Below are positions 29,701-39,543 of a DNA stretch of 64,000 bases, one piece after another. The position numbers and the translations under genes are program-made. The notes under the pieces were generated by a model. It was not told the DNA's origin. It saw nothing but the letters and a program-made list of their open reading frames with translations, and ran no database searches. The stretch covers positions 1-64,000 of the forward strand of contig JALXBF010000118.1 of NCBI GenBank assembly GCA_026991575.1, in the 5' to 3' direction. Position 1 is the first letter of the stretch; every line of letters begins with the position of its first letter. This DNA comes from Planctomycetota bacterium. Its GTDB lineage: Bacteria > Planctomycetota > Planctomycetia > JALXBF01.

Positions 29701-30579
29701 GGTCCCCTGGGAGACGTGCGATCGTTCACCCGGGACCGCTTTGCTCGCCGCGATGGGCCTGAGCAGACGCAACTGTTTGAGCAACTGGCAGTGATCGCGC
29801 TGCTGTATCGACAGCTTACCGGTGATCGATCCTTCGACGATGCCCTGGCGCGCTGGACGGTCCGGGTGCGGAACAGTCTGGTAGAGGGGCGAAAGAGCTA
29901 TGTGTTCCTCGATCCGGATCTGCCAAAGCTGTGGCTGGTTGATCGTCCCCTTACCGTCGGTGCCTACCTCGAGAGCCGCTGTGCGGTTGGGGCTCAGCTT
30001 TACCTTGGCTGGCAGGTGACCGGGGATGAGGACTTTCTGGCTCGTGTTGGCTGGAACCTCAGCTCGTGCTTGACCGACAAGTGGGGGGCATTTACGTATT
30101 GGTTCTACGACGACACGGAGCCCCGTGTCACCTCCAATGACCACCTTGCGCACAAGATCCAGTACGCGGCCATGGCGCTGGCCTGGATGTACACGGGGGG
30201 GCCTGGTCCTGTGGAGGGGATCTGGCCCGGTCTGGTAGTGACCTGGGCTGGAGTGGACGAAACGTTCTGTGCGCTGGTCAGGGAGGCCGCTCACCGGCGC
30301 GTACGCGTGTCCTTGTACAGCTTTGCGCCCGAGCACCGGAATGTCACCGCCCGGTTCTGGTCGCTGGCCGAGGGAAAGTATCGCGTGTGGCTCGTGGGCC
30401 AAGAAGGCGAGGGGGACGCATCGGCACAACGTCGAAACGGTACGGTGTGGACAGGTGAGTTCGTCGTGCAACCGACCGGCGGCAGACGCAGGCCGGTCGA
30501 AGTCGCTGTACCGCTGCCGGCTCGACGGCGACTGGAACTAATCGTCTGCCCCACAGGGGAGGTGGGCGGCGATTCGTGA
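26731..30579 (+). CDS. Large secreted multidomain protein: PQQ-like beta-propeller, F5/8C (discoidin)-like module and alpha-helical domain
   Basis: Signal ending AWS-Q; repeated xxGxxxW propeller motifs; NLAMAARIT...LTDGDLRTWW...IAELAVY; QQEDGQFGAGYEDDVE; start codon uncertain. Confidence 0.75.
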   Translation: MCIDDRTAPAATGEVTAAAFGPVGEGPSRGLRPVPLLMLALTILSVPVCTGRAWSQDAKPLVDPRSPWGTDYYAQGGVVVDGIAYFTANDQCRRPGVVRTDRFPSVVAFDLATLRTLRTYPFHHTYDSSPLVYRRKDGSWVVVAHEWQKARTRALERDTGREVWQSPANQPGMYFFGYSYYERSDGSKILFVASANGLHALCGETGQELWWLRQRTTGGVTPCVDQENGWVYYQCDGKLFKLDARRGTVLRQVRVPAPNRCISWNTVLVNDEHGYYVATRWYGRPEWDSAIRVYDQDLRLVWERTGLPHGKKDTLTYADGLLVCGSGNSWSDRYHGDDWKYLAAYSVRDGRVVWRCDLSHIAYRDILNVPYADGHFYAETACSPPLTSKCLRIDARSGKLVEILDYGRPVTSCATHILARGLLLSGDLWQDEIVVVRYAKRAINDWPGPFGDPQTNQMAAPRSPAAELVPLRLVGRPVSSKRATKSNLAMAARITAGGPNRVPYGALEQLTDGDLRTWWTSGPGDLAVSPADVDLSWQQPVVVDHVELVTTRLKGCLRLTDFDLYGGIDGQWDGAEPLAVVRGNAVERIEVRFPAVRLDRLRIRIWGTARPDNAFAHIAELAVYPAGGAPQRELRPRPFPAWQRALGEHDPKRLRELLGQAATVGDASAPPERLIRGLRRRLELAEEADRYRKRLEQITRDTRRYESLNAPRWAVAQQDAMRRLRQWAYYWIDHQQEDGQFGAGYEDDVELVCSWPVLVVAQDDQRVADALRRLAEGAWHSRSFVPRYGYDRLSDVEHSAELIGYGQTPMVIVEPDETRWLRRCRLSSETVARYFLGRNKQGRLQFRSDYFGIDPRTGRPAVLDEKRPFDIPEGAKALKPAVYVAWASNDEFARRLVLDYGRTWVDAARDERGPGRIRGFLPARIDWPSGRAVGTHGVLSSMRATHFHLLACYALTRDQQFLEPVRTLLRTALLKWTRGQMPWVRCSGWTGPLGDVRSFTRDRFARRDGPEQTQLFEQLAVIALLYRQLTGDRSFDDALARWTVRVRNSLVEGRKSYVFLDPDLPKLWLVDRPLTVGAYLESRCAVGAQLYLGWQVTGDEDFLARVGWNLSSCLTDKWGAFTYWFYDDTEPRVTSNDHLAHKIQYAAMALAWMYTGGPGPVEGIWPGLVVTWAGVDETFCALVREAAHRRVRVSLYSFAPEHRNVTARFWSLAEGKYRVWLVGQEGEGDASAQRRNGTVWTGEFVVQPTGGRRRPVEVAVPLPARRRLELIVCPTGEVGGDS

Positions 30580-31252
30580 GCACCTGGCAGCAGGCATTCC
30601 GCGGCGGGCGGCTACCGCGGGGCCGATCGAGCGATCGGTCGCTGTGACCGACAACCGGATGGATGCCTGTATACCCGTGTGACCGGAAACGCGAGGCGTT
30701 TACAGTCAGACTGGTCGACCGGACTTTCCCCTGTGCCTGCGCCAGGTCGATGCGGCGAGCAGACGGGCGTATGGGTTCGCAAGCCCCCGCGTGTGGGTGC
30801 ACGCGGCCGCGGCCCCGGCCCACCGCGCTGTTTCGGCGCACCCGGCAGCGCACTGGCGCGGCGCGGAGTTGTTAACCCACGCGCGTGCGGAACAGCGTCC
30901 CGGCGCTTCCGCTTCCCTCCCGCCGGGCGACAATCGCCCATGCACGGCGCGAAGCGATTCTTGCTGCGAGGCGATTCCTGCTCTGAGAGCAAGCGTCAAT
31001 GACCGCAGGTTCTACCGGCTCTGGGAGCAACACGTCCGGCCCGCCGCCCGATGCCACAGGAAATCGTCCGCACCCGAGCGTACCGGCGCCCTTGTTCACA
31101 CGCGACGCGTGCGGCTAGAATGGGGTGCTTTCTGCTTGGTTGCCTGGCCTTTACGGTGGCGGCCAACGCCGTGTCATCAGGGACTGCGTTCGATCGGGAG
31201 TATCGGTTGGCTACGGGAGGCAGGTGGATCAGAGGCAACGGAGTGCGAGGAA

Positions 31253-33943
31253 TTGGCGGTTGAGGTAAGGCTCACACCACACGGACGTCTTCTGGTCACA
31301 CGTGCGACGGGCAGTGACGACTTGTCAGCAGACCCCTGGTTGAAGCGCGTCCTGGCCGGGTTTTCGAAGTGCCAGGCGGCAGGTCTTTTCGCGCTCGCTT
31401 CCCATCGGCCTGAGCTTCCCCCTCCGATCGACTTGGCCTTCTGGCGCGACTTCGCCTGTCGGTACCTCACCGCACTATGCCGGACGCCACCGGAGGCTGA
31501 CGAAGTTCTCCCTTCAATTCCCCCGCCGTCGGACGAAGAGTTGGCTGCGCTGGTCAGCGCGGCTCCGCCTATGACGGGTGGCGAGTACCTCAACGAGGCC
31601 GTGCTTCGTTCACTTTGGCAGGAGCTGGACGCGTGGGTGAGGCAGCAGGTGGCCGGTGCCAGCAGCCTGCACGCATGGCTCAAGCAGCATGCTCCGGTCT
31701 GGCACCGGGTCGGTCGCGTCTGCTTCCACCTTGCCGAGCGGCGAGATTCGGAAGACTACCCGTTCGCTTTCCTTGCCACCTATACGACGCGTTTGTCAAA
31801 GGCGGGCCGCGTTCAGCACCAACCGTTGAGCAGAGCGCTGAAGGAGTGCGCCGGTAACCGTCGCGCGTTGCTGAATCTGTTGATGCCGGTGCAGCGGGCT
31901 GCGCAGCGCGTTCCGTTCGTAAAGGAACTGGTCGACTCGGGCGACATTTTCCACCCGCTTGCCTGGACGCCGCGGGAAGCGTTCCGGTTTCTGAAGAGTG
32001 TCCCCGAGCTGGAAGAGTGTGGCATTCTGGTCCGCGTACCCGACTGGTGGTCGAAACGGCCGCGGGTACGGGTGAATGTGACCGTGGGCGAACAGCGGCA
32101 GGCGCGGCTCGGGGCCGACGCACTGCTCGATTTCGACGTCCAGGTGGCCGTCGGCGACCAGACCCTCAGCAACAAAGAACTGCGGCAAATCCTCAAAGGC
32201 GGCGAAGGCCTGGTGTACATCAGGGGCCAGTGGGTCGAGGTGAACGCGGAGAAGTTGCGGCAAGCACTTGATCACTGGCGGCGGGTGCAGGAAAGCGCTG
32301 AGAGGACGGCACTCAGCTTCGTTGAGGCAATGCGGCTACTCGCCGGCGCACCGGCTGACCTGCACGCAGACCAGGAGTTCGATCGGGAACTGCGTGAATG
32401 GTCACTGGTCCGGGCCGGCAACTGGCTTTCTCGCGTGCTGAAGGAACTTCGCCAGCCTGACGGTTCCATCCGTTTCGAGCTCAACGGCGCCTTCCGCGGA
32501 ACCCTGCGGCCCTACCAGAAGGTCGGCTGTCGGTGGCTTTGGTTGCTGGCAAACCTTGGGCTCGGCGGCTGCCTGGCAGATGACATGGGATTGGGCAAGA
32601 CCGTTCAGGTGCTCGCGCTGTTGCAGGCACTCAAGGAGCAGAAGCCTTCGCCCAAACCGTCGCTTCTGGTCGTACCCGCCTCCCTTCTGGCGAACTGGAA
32701 AGCCGAGATTGCTCGCTTTACACCAGAACTGCAGACCTGCTTCGTGCATCCATCAGAGCTGGATCGCCGTGCCATGTCCGCTCTGGCGCGGTCTCCTGGC
32801 CGTAGACTCAAGGACGTCGATCTTGTGATCACAACCTACACCATGCTCCTGCGGCAACAGTGGCTGCAGGACGTCGATTGGCGGCTCGTGATCCTGGACG
32901 AAGCTCAGGCGATCAAGAACCCGTCAGCTCGACAGACGCGAGCCGTGAAACGGCTGAAAGCGGAAGCCCGGTTCGCTCTCACCGGCACGCCGCTGGAAAA
33001 CCGCCTCACCGACCTGTGGTCGCTCTTCGATTTCCTCTGTCCCGGACTGCTTGGGTCGGCGAGGCAGTTCAAGGAGTTTGTCCGCGCCCTGCAGGCTCGA
33101 GAGCAAGAGCGTTACGCGCCACTGCGGAACCTCGTCCGCCCGTACATCCTGCGTCGCCTGAAGACAGACAAATCCGTCATTAGCGACTTGCCCGAAAAGA
33201 CGGAGATGAAGGTCTACTGCGGGCTGACCCGGAAGCAGGCCACCCTCTACGCTCAAACGGTCAAGGAGCTGGCCCACCGCCTGCAGCACACCAGCGGCAT
33301 CGAACGCCGCGGCACGGTCCTGGCCTACCTCATGCGGTTCAAGCAGATCTGCAATCATCCGAGTCAGTTCTGCGGCGACGGCGCGTATGAGCCGGGCGAC
33401 AGTGGCAAGTTCGAGCGGTTGGGCGCGATCTGCGAGGAGATCGCATCGCGGCAGGAGAAGGCACTCGTCTTCACTCAATTCCGTGAAATGACCGAGCCAC
33501 TGGCAGCATTCCTTGAAGAGATCTTCGGACGACCCGGACTGATCCTGCACGGTGGGACCCCCGTGAAACGGAGAAGGAAGCTGATAGAAGCATTCCAGAA
33601 GGATGACGGACCGCCGTTCTTCGTCCTATCGCTGAAGGCCGGAGGCACGGGACTGAACCTGACGGCTGCCACCCATGTCATCCACTTCGATCGGTGGTGG
33701 AACCCGGCCGTGGAGAATCAGGCGACCGACCGTGCGTTCCGAATCGGCCAACGCCGCAACGTTCTGGTACACAAGTTCGTTTGCCGGGGCACGGTTGAAG
33801 AGAAGATCGACGCCCTGATCGACGAGAAGTCTCAGCTTGCGGAGGACATCCTTCAAGGTGGCGCGGAGGTGCTTCTGACGGAAATGACAGACGAGGAGCT
33901 GTTGCAAACGGTGGCTTTGGACATCACCCGAGCTGTTATGTAG
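31253..33943 (+). CDS. SNF2-family helicase/ATPase
   Basis: LRPYQ, LADDMGLGKT, LDEAQAIKN, LTGTPLEN, LSLKAGGTGLNLT, DRWWNPAVENQATDRAFRIGQ; start placed at TTG 31253. Confidence 0.95.
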   Translation: MAVEVRLTPHGRLLVTRATGSDDLSADPWLKRVLAGFSKCQAAGLFALASHRPELPPPIDLAFWRDFACRYLTALCRTPPEADEVLPSIPPPSDEELAALVSAAPPMTGGEYLNEAVLRSLWQELDAWVRQQVAGASSLHAWLKQHAPVWHRVGRVCFHLAERRDSEDYPFAFLATYTTRLSKAGRVQHQPLSRALKECAGNRRALLNLLMPVQRAAQRVPFVKELVDSGDIFHPLAWTPREAFRFLKSVPELEECGILVRVPDWWSKRPRVRVNVTVGEQRQARLGADALLDFDVQVAVGDQTLSNKELRQILKGGEGLVYIRGQWVEVNAEKLRQALDHWRRVQESAERTALSFVEAMRLLAGAPADLHADQEFDRELREWSLVRAGNWLSRVLKELRQPDGSIRFELNGAFRGTLRPYQKVGCRWLWLLANLGLGGCLADDMGLGKTVQVLALLQALKEQKPSPKPSLLVVPASLLANWKAEIARFTPELQTCFVHPSELDRRAMSALARSPGRRLKDVDLVITTYTMLLRQQWLQDVDWRLVILDEAQAIKNPSARQTRAVKRLKAEARFALTGTPLENRLTDLWSLFDFLCPGLLGSARQFKEFVRALQAREQERYAPLRNLVRPYILRRLKTDKSVISDLPEKTEMKVYCGLTRKQATLYAQTVKELAHRLQHTSGIERRGTVLAYLMRFKQICNHPSQFCGDGAYEPGDSGKFERLGAICEEIASRQEKALVFTQFREMTEPLAAFLEEIFGRPGLILHGGTPVKRRRKLIEAFQKDDGPPFFVLSLKAGGTGLNLTAATHVIHFDRWWNPAVENQATDRAFRIGQRRNVLVHKFVCRGTVEEKIDALIDEKSQLAEDILQGGAEVLLTEMTDEELLQTVALDITRAVM

Positions 33944-33952
33944 GAGGCTCCC

Positions 33953-34885
33953 ATGTGGTGGTATGAATGGAAGCGCCGACCAACTGCGGCGGAGAGGAGT
34001 CTACTGGCGGGTAAGGCAATCCGCCAATTGCGGCAGCGTGGGATCGAACCCAAACCGGTCGTGATCGACGGGCGCAGGATCGTACATACGTTCTGGGGGC
34101 TCGCGTGGTGCGAACATTTCGAGTCGTTCCACGCTGATGATAATCGGCTGGCACGTGGGCGGACCTACGCGCGCACGGGGTCGGTTTGCCACCTGGACGT
34201 GACCGAAGGAGAGATCATCGCGATCGTCGCCGGTAGCGAGCTGTACGATGTGAGCATTCTGGTCGATCCTCTGCCCAAAGAGAAATGGGCTGCGTTGAAG
34301 AAGCGGTGTGCCGGGCAGATCGGCTCAGTCGTCGAGTTGCTGCAGGGGCAGTTGTCGGACGAGGTCATGAAGGTGGTTACCGACCCGCTGGACGGCCTCT
34401 TCCCGCGGCCCGAAGAGGTCAGCGCGGCCTGCACATGCCCCGACTGGACCGTGATGTGCAAGCATGTCGCCGCGGTGCTGTACGGCGTCGGCGCGCGGCT
34501 GGACTCCGAGCCAGAGTTGCTCTTCCGGTTACGAGGCGTTGATCACATGGAGCTGATCTCCGAATGCGTCTCGCAGGAGGCTCTGGTGCCGGGAACGACC
34601 GGCCGGAGCGAAAAGCTGGAAGAGGTGGACCTCTCTGAGGTGTTCGGCATCGAGCTCGAAGAGGAACCCGCAGAGGAAAGGAACGGAAAACCCGCACGCA
34701 ACACCGCGGAGAAGAAGACAGCAAAGCGGTCGCGCGAGGCGTCGAACGGCTCGGCAACTAGTGCGAACGCAAAGCGCACCACCGCACGCCGGCTGGTCAA
34801 GACCGGGGCGTTGAAGAAGCGGTCCAGCCGCAGGAAACGGGCCAGTCTGGCTACCGCAGCGTCCACAGCAGTCCGGAAACGCTGA
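33953..34885 (+). CDS. SWIM zinc-finger protein, SNF2 partner
   Basis: NRLARGRTYAR, CTCPDWTVMCKH (CxCxnCxH), LDSEPELLFRLRG; basic low-complexity tail. Confidence 0.9.
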   Translation: MWWYEWKRRPTAAERSLLAGKAIRQLRQRGIEPKPVVIDGRRIVHTFWGLAWCEHFESFHADDNRLARGRTYARTGSVCHLDVTEGEIIAIVAGSELYDVSILVDPLPKEKWAALKKRCAGQIGSVVELLQGQLSDEVMKVVTDPLDGLFPRPEEVSAACTCPDWTVMCKHVAAVLYGVGARLDSEPELLFRLRGVDHMELISECVSQEALVPGTTGRSEKLEEVDLSEVFGIELEEEPAEERNGKPARNTAEKKTAKRSREASNGSATSANAKRTTARRLVKTGALKKRSSRRKRASLATAASTAVRKR

Positions 34886-34987
34886 GCGCATGCGCGTGCG
34901 GGCCCCGCGCAGCCTGTCACGGACCGGGCGTGCCGGATCGTCCCGATCCACGCGGATGCCTTCTGTCCGAGCGTGCGTGGTCGGCGG

Positions 34988-36382
34988 TTAAGGACTGTGG
35001 GCCGGGGCGGGGCGCGTCGCGGCGCGGCGGTTGTCCGGGGCTGTCTCTTTCAGCATCTGGTCGATGGCTGAGAGTATTCGTTGTTCGATGCCCGGTTGGA
35101 AAGGGCCGTGCCAGCCGAAGTATCGCATCGCGCCACCACCTTCGTAACCGCCTTCGGCCAGCACCCGTTCCGACGGGACGTAGGCGAAGACTTCATCGCA
35201 GTAGGCGGCAACCCATAGCCGCAGGTCGGGGTAGTCCTTCTTCAGTCGCAACGCGTAGTCGACGACGACTTCTCCGCCCAGGGCAACCAGCGTCAGGTCC
35301 GTGCCGAAACGGATCACGTGAACCGGCATCGGATAGGACCGTTCGAGGAATCCCTGCCGCCGGAACCGTTCCAGGAGGACTTCGGTCAGACGCTGATCGT
35401 ACCGGTCTCCCTGGCCGCGGCGTGCGAGCAGTTCCTCCCGAGTCGGCGGATCGACGAAGGGCAGTGCCACGCGCCGGAAAGCCGCACGGAGCGGGGGGCG
35501 CACCGGATGCATCGGGCCGGTCAGCACGTCGTGAACCGCTTGGGCCAGCGTTTCTCCATGCTGGCGCGCCAGTTCGACCGTGCCCCTGGGTGCCGGATTG
35601 ATGTCCCCGCCGCAGCCTGCCACGAACATCGCTGTTGCGCCGGGAAGTTGCTGCTCGAGGGCTATTTGAGCAAACCCTGGGTAGTCGCCGTTGTATTGGT
35701 AGCAGTCCGGTCCGAGCGTCGTTGCGTGGCAGGCATAGCCAAAGACAACCGCGATGGCTTTGCCCTGTTCGTTGGCGACTTTGAGCACTGGCACACTGTG
35801 GTCGACTGGCCCGTTCGGGCGGATGTACGTTCTGCGATTCGCTGCGAACGTGGCTCGGCCTGTGCCAAACCAGATCGACACGGGCTGCAAGGTCGTGGCA
35901 GCCTGCTGAACTGCATGCACAATCTTCGACTCGACGTCCTTGGAGTACTGGGCGATCAGCGCCCGCTGCCGCTCATCAAGTGGGTAGGTTACCTTCGCGC
36001 CGTCCGTGACCCGGCTGACTGGTCCGCAATGCGTATGAGAGAAGTTCAGTACCAGGTGACTGCGCGCAATGCCGGTGCGGCGTGCCACGGCGTCCGCGAT
36101 CGATTCGCTGAGTTGGCGGCCAAAGTTGTCACCTACCAGGTCCAGTGTCACCAGCGCGAAGCGGTTGCCGTGACCGTCGTCCAGCACGAGCGCTTTGGCC
36201 CACAGCGGGTGCAGGCTGCCCTCGGCCTGCCGCGAGCGAGCCGCGTAGCCGGCCAACCAGATCGGCTGCTCCGGGGTGATGTCGACGCGCGCTACTCCAC
36301 CGCGCCACGGTAACACCTGACCCCAAGCAACCCCAGCCCAGCATGCGACAAGGATCAGCGGGAAAACTCTCCAACCAGTCAT
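34988..36382 (-). CDS. Secreted neutral/alkaline ceramidase-like hydrolase
   Basis: RBS GAGGAGG; GVARVDITP...LAGY, SHTHCGP, FGYACHATT, GDYPG, GCGGDINP. Confidence 0.8.
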   Translation of the reverse strand: MTGWRVFPLILVACWAGVAWGQVLPWRGGVARVDITPEQPIWLAGYAARSRQAEGSLHPLWAKALVLDDGHGNRFALVTLDLVGDNFGRQLSESIADAVARRTGIARSHLVLNFSHTHCGPVSRVTDGAKVTYPLDERQRALIAQYSKDVESKIVHAVQQAATTLQPVSIWFGTGRATFAANRRTYIRPNGPVDHSVPVLKVANEQGKAIAVVFGYACHATTLGPDCYQYNGDYPGFAQIALEQQLPGATAMFVAGCGGDINPAPRGTVELARQHGETLAQAVHDVLTGPMHPVRPPLRAAFRRVALPFVDPPTREELLARRGQGDRYDQRLTEVLLERFRRQGFLERSYPMPVHVIRFGTDLTLVALGGEVVVDYALRLKKDYPDLRLWVAAYCDEVFAYVPSERVLAEGGYEGGGAMRYFGWHGPFQPGIEQRILSAIDQMLKETAPDNRRAATRPAPAHSP

Positions 36383-36460
36383 GGCAGCCTCCTCGATAAG
36401 AGGCGGTGCACCGAAGATGACCTCCTGCGGTGCGCCGCTCCGCAGGATGTTCACAACTGG

Positions 36461-38407
36461 TCACCGTGAACCAGGGACTGGGGCTGGATCTACGGTGACT
36501 GCTATTGATTCCACCAGGAATCCTGCAGGATCGGGCCGTTCAGCGGTGGAGCGGAGCCGCAGGTAGCTGATGCCGTTCACAGTGGGCTGATTAACATTGA
36601 GAGTCTTCACATGACGGTCGTCCACCTTTACATCACAGCCCTTCGTCTCGAGATCCCAGTTCAGCGTGAGCGTGTGCCACTGGCCGGGTTCCAGGCGGAG
36701 GTCGTCCCGTTTGGGGGTGGGGCCGGCAGCGAAATGCAGCAGGAATACTGCCTGTCGGCTCCCCTGTGGGTCAGCGGGATCGAAGAAACGGTCCGCTAGC
36801 GCTATGCTCGCCCGTTGGAACCCTCTCCGCGGCATGATCCGAATGGACAATTCGCCACGATATCCCATCGGAAAATTCCAAACAGCCCCGTCACCTTCTC
36901 GCCCGGCTGCTCTGCGGACTAGCAGGACGCGACGCCCTTTCCTCGTGGGGTGCGGAATCAGCTTTGGGCCCTGAATCCGGTCGCGCCAGACATGCTCCAG
37001 GGGACCAACCGCATGGAAAACAGACCATCGCTCGAGTCCGTGGGAGAAATCTTCGAACTGGGAGGTTTCGCAGAGCCAGTCCGGGTGAAATCGGACAACG
37101 GCCCGCCGCCCCTCTCCTTGTCCGGTAACCACGACGACGAAACCGTTTGTGGTCGCTGTCGCATGCGGATATGCCGTTCCGCGGTCGCCGTGACGAGGGG
37201 GCGTTTGGTTACGCTTCGGATCACGGAAGATCTCGCGAAAGCCACGCCACGTACGTCCCTCGTCGTCGGAAATCGCCGCGTGAAGTACATCGCGTCCGCT
37301 ATAAGCCGCGTAGCGCCGGCCAGGCGGCGGGAGCAGTTCCTGGCAATTGTTCCAGATGAGAACGATACGTTGGTCTGGCAAACGCAGCAGAGTCGCCGGC
37401 GACTCGGACGAGGTGAAGCGCGAGGGCTTTGCCGGTGTCCAGACAACGCCGTCCCGGGAGAAAGCTTCGTACAGTCGCCCGGTATCAGTACGTATCAGCA
37501 TCCATATTGTGCCATCCTTCAACTGCAACGCGGTAGGTTCGACGGCGCCAATCTGGCCTCCGTGTGGACGCACGGGGGCGGTCAACGCTGCTGGCGCTTC
37601 GTGCCAGGTCGTTCCCCCGTCGTCTGAATACAGGATGCGCACTTCGTTCGAACCTGTTGCTGGCTTCCGCTCGGCTGGTGGGAGCCACTTGCCGAATGGC
37701 AGAAGGATGCGTCCGTCCTTCAACTGAAGCATGCATCGCAACGCGCCCACATACCCGGCATAGATCCGCCTGGCAGGCAGCCACTTCGACCGGTCATCGA
37801 CTGTTTTCGTATGCCAGATGTCGTAAAACAGGTCGACAGCAGGCCTGCGGTTCCCAACGCCGCGGCCGACGAGGAAGCAGACATGAATCTCGCCGTCTCG
37901 GTCTACCAGTGCCTGCGTGGTGACGTACGCATGTTCCGGCACGGAGAACTCGATCACAGGCCTGCTCCACGTCTTGCCATGGTCACGCGAACGCATCGAT
38001 GCGCAGTACTTGCCCTGGACAATCCAGAAGATTCGGAGCGTTCCGTCAGGCAAGCGAACGATAGAGGCTTCGTTCGCGGGACTTGCAGTGACGACTTCCG
38101 GAGCCCAGGGGCGCATGCCCCCGGAGCCAACTACAGGTCTGTGCTTCTCGGCGCGTTGCCGGCGGAGCAGTCTTGCCTCCGCAGTGCCAGCCATTCCGGT
38201 GCTGATCAGGGGCGAAGGGCCGCGCAGGGCAGTTACGAGGGGCTTCCGCCCGCTCGGGAGGTGCCACGCCGCTATCGCCGGGTACGGGTTGGAGCCCGAA
38301 TCGTGGGCGGACGCCGTCGTGGTCAGGCCGGAACCGGAGAGCACTGCTACCAAGATAGTACCTAGCGAGCGTTGGATTAGCAGGCGTAGCTGTCGGAACC
38401 GAGGCAT
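36461..38407 (-). CDS. Secreted sialidase-family (Asp-box/BNR) beta-propeller protein with C-terminal domain
   Basis: Asp boxes SRDHGKTW, SDDGGTTW, SRDGVVW, SDDEGRTW; EPT, AYP; start codon uncertain. Confidence 0.8.
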   Translation of the reverse strand: MPRFRQLRLLIQRSLGTILVAVLSGSGLTTTASAHDSGSNPYPAIAAWHLPSGRKPLVTALRGPSPLISTGMAGTAEARLLRRQRAEKHRPVVGSGGMRPWAPEVVTASPANEASIVRLPDGTLRIFWIVQGKYCASMRSRDHGKTWSRPVIEFSVPEHAYVTTQALVDRDGEIHVCFLVGRGVGNRRPAVDLFYDIWHTKTVDDRSKWLPARRIYAGYVGALRCMLQLKDGRILLPFGKWLPPAERKPATGSNEVRILYSDDGGTTWHEAPAALTAPVRPHGGQIGAVEPTALQLKDGTIWMLIRTDTGRLYEAFSRDGVVWTPAKPSRFTSSESPATLLRLPDQRIVLIWNNCQELLPPPGRRYAAYSGRDVLHAAISDDEGRTWRGFREIFRDPKRNQTPPRHGDRGTAYPHATATTNGFVVVVTGQGEGRRAVVRFHPDWLCETSQFEDFSHGLERWSVFHAVGPLEHVWRDRIQGPKLIPHPTRKGRRVLLVRRAAGREGDGAVWNFPMGYRGELSIRIMPRRGFQRASIALADRFFDPADPQGSRQAVFLLHFAAGPTPKRDDLRLEPGQWHTLTLNWDLETKGCDVKVDDRHVKTLNVNQPTVNGISYLRLRSTAERPDPAGFLVESIAVTVDPAPVPGSR

Positions 38408-38559
38408 CGTCGTTCTGCTACAGCGGTCGCTTTCTAAGACGGAGCAGTGTCTGCACCACAAGTCTGTGGTCTTGCTTTTCCAGTAGGTGCTCGCCGTGCT
38501 TGGTGCCAATTTGGTTCGGCTGGGTTCCAGCGCCTCTATGCCGCTGGCGTAAGCAGGCC

Positions 38560-39543
38560 CTACGAGCCGAGCCTCTTCTTGCTAAGCGTCTTCTCGAGCT
38601 CGAAGAACGGGTCCCCATCGAGCAGCCGGGCCAGATCCGAGTCCGTCAGGCAGTGTACCTTCGTCTCCAAACCGTCCCGGTAAACGGCAAGTACGTGGAG
38701 TTCCGCAGCAGGCGTTTTTTCGACCAAGGCTGTGAACATGTACGGGTTGTGTGTCGTGAGAAAATACTGTTTGCCATGGTCTAGGGCGATCTGTTTGCCG
38801 AGAAATCGGACGTAATCGGGGAAAGCGTGGACTTCTGGTTCCTCAAAGACGAGTGTTGCGTTCCCAGCTGTTTCGATCGCGGTCTGGTAGAAGAGGGTCC
38901 GCCGCAGGGTTTCGGAGGCTGCATGCAGTGGATAGGAGATAGCGATCTCCCCGGTTTGCTCCAACAATTCGATCTCGCCCGTGGCTGGTTTGAACAGGGG
39001 CTGCAGCCGAAACGGACCACAGAGCTCCCGAAACCACTTCCGCAGTTCATTGGACGTGAAGACGACCTCAAACAGGTTACTGCCGTCCGGCGGCAGGAGC
39101 GGCCTCGTAGGCGTGCGGCGGTTGGGCGGTGCTGCTCGAAACCGGTAGAAGAGAACAGGCGGTACGGCGTCATGGATGCAGAGGTCGACGGAAATGACCT
39201 GCCCGTCCGGTCCCAAGTGACCGCAGGGGGTGTCGTCGAGCTTTAGTTCGAACAACCCGTTTCGATAAACGATCTGCAGCGTTTGACTGTTGGGCGTTTG
39301 AAGCGTGACCGACACCGGCTCATCGAGCGTTCCGCGGTAGAACAGGTCGGTGACCGTGTTCATCCTGACAAAATCGCTCAACGGGCGACGCTCCGGTGCG
39401 CCAAGCCATGACCAGAGTGCGAGCGCCTCCAGCAGGTTGGACTTCCCCGTGTTGGGACCACCGATCAAGACGTTTACGCGGCGGCAGTTCAACGAGACGT
39501 CTCGGATCGACTTGAAGCGGCAGATTCGCAAATGCTGGATCGT
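38560..39543 (-). CDS. AAA-type ATPase (AAA_15/AAA_21-like); start codon uncertain
   Basis: IQHLRICRFKSI...GGPNTGKSNLLE (Walker A), VFEEPEVH (Walker B), LTTHNP; ACG lies where ATG is expected. Confidence 0.8.
   Translation of the reverse strand, partial: TIQHLRICRFKSIRDVSLNCRRVNVLIGGPNTGKSNLLEALALWSWLGAPERRPLSDFVRMNTVTDLFYRGTLDEPVSVTLQTPNSQTLQIVYRNGLFELKLDDTPCGHLGPDGQVISVDLCIHDAVPPVLFYRFRAAPPNRRTPTRPLLPPDGSNLFEVVFTSNELRKWFRELCGPFRLQPLFKPATGEIELLEQTGEIAISYPLHAASETLRRTLFYQTAIETAGNATLVFEEPEVHAFPDYVRFLGKQIALDHGKQYFLTTHNPYMFTALVEKTPAAELHVLAVYRDGLETKVHCLTDSDLARLLDGDPFFELEKTLSKKRLGS

Noticed and set aside
30791..31252. 154-aa N-terminal extension of the SNF2 ORF
   Set aside because: Composition is not protein-like; a better start with RBS is at TTG 31253
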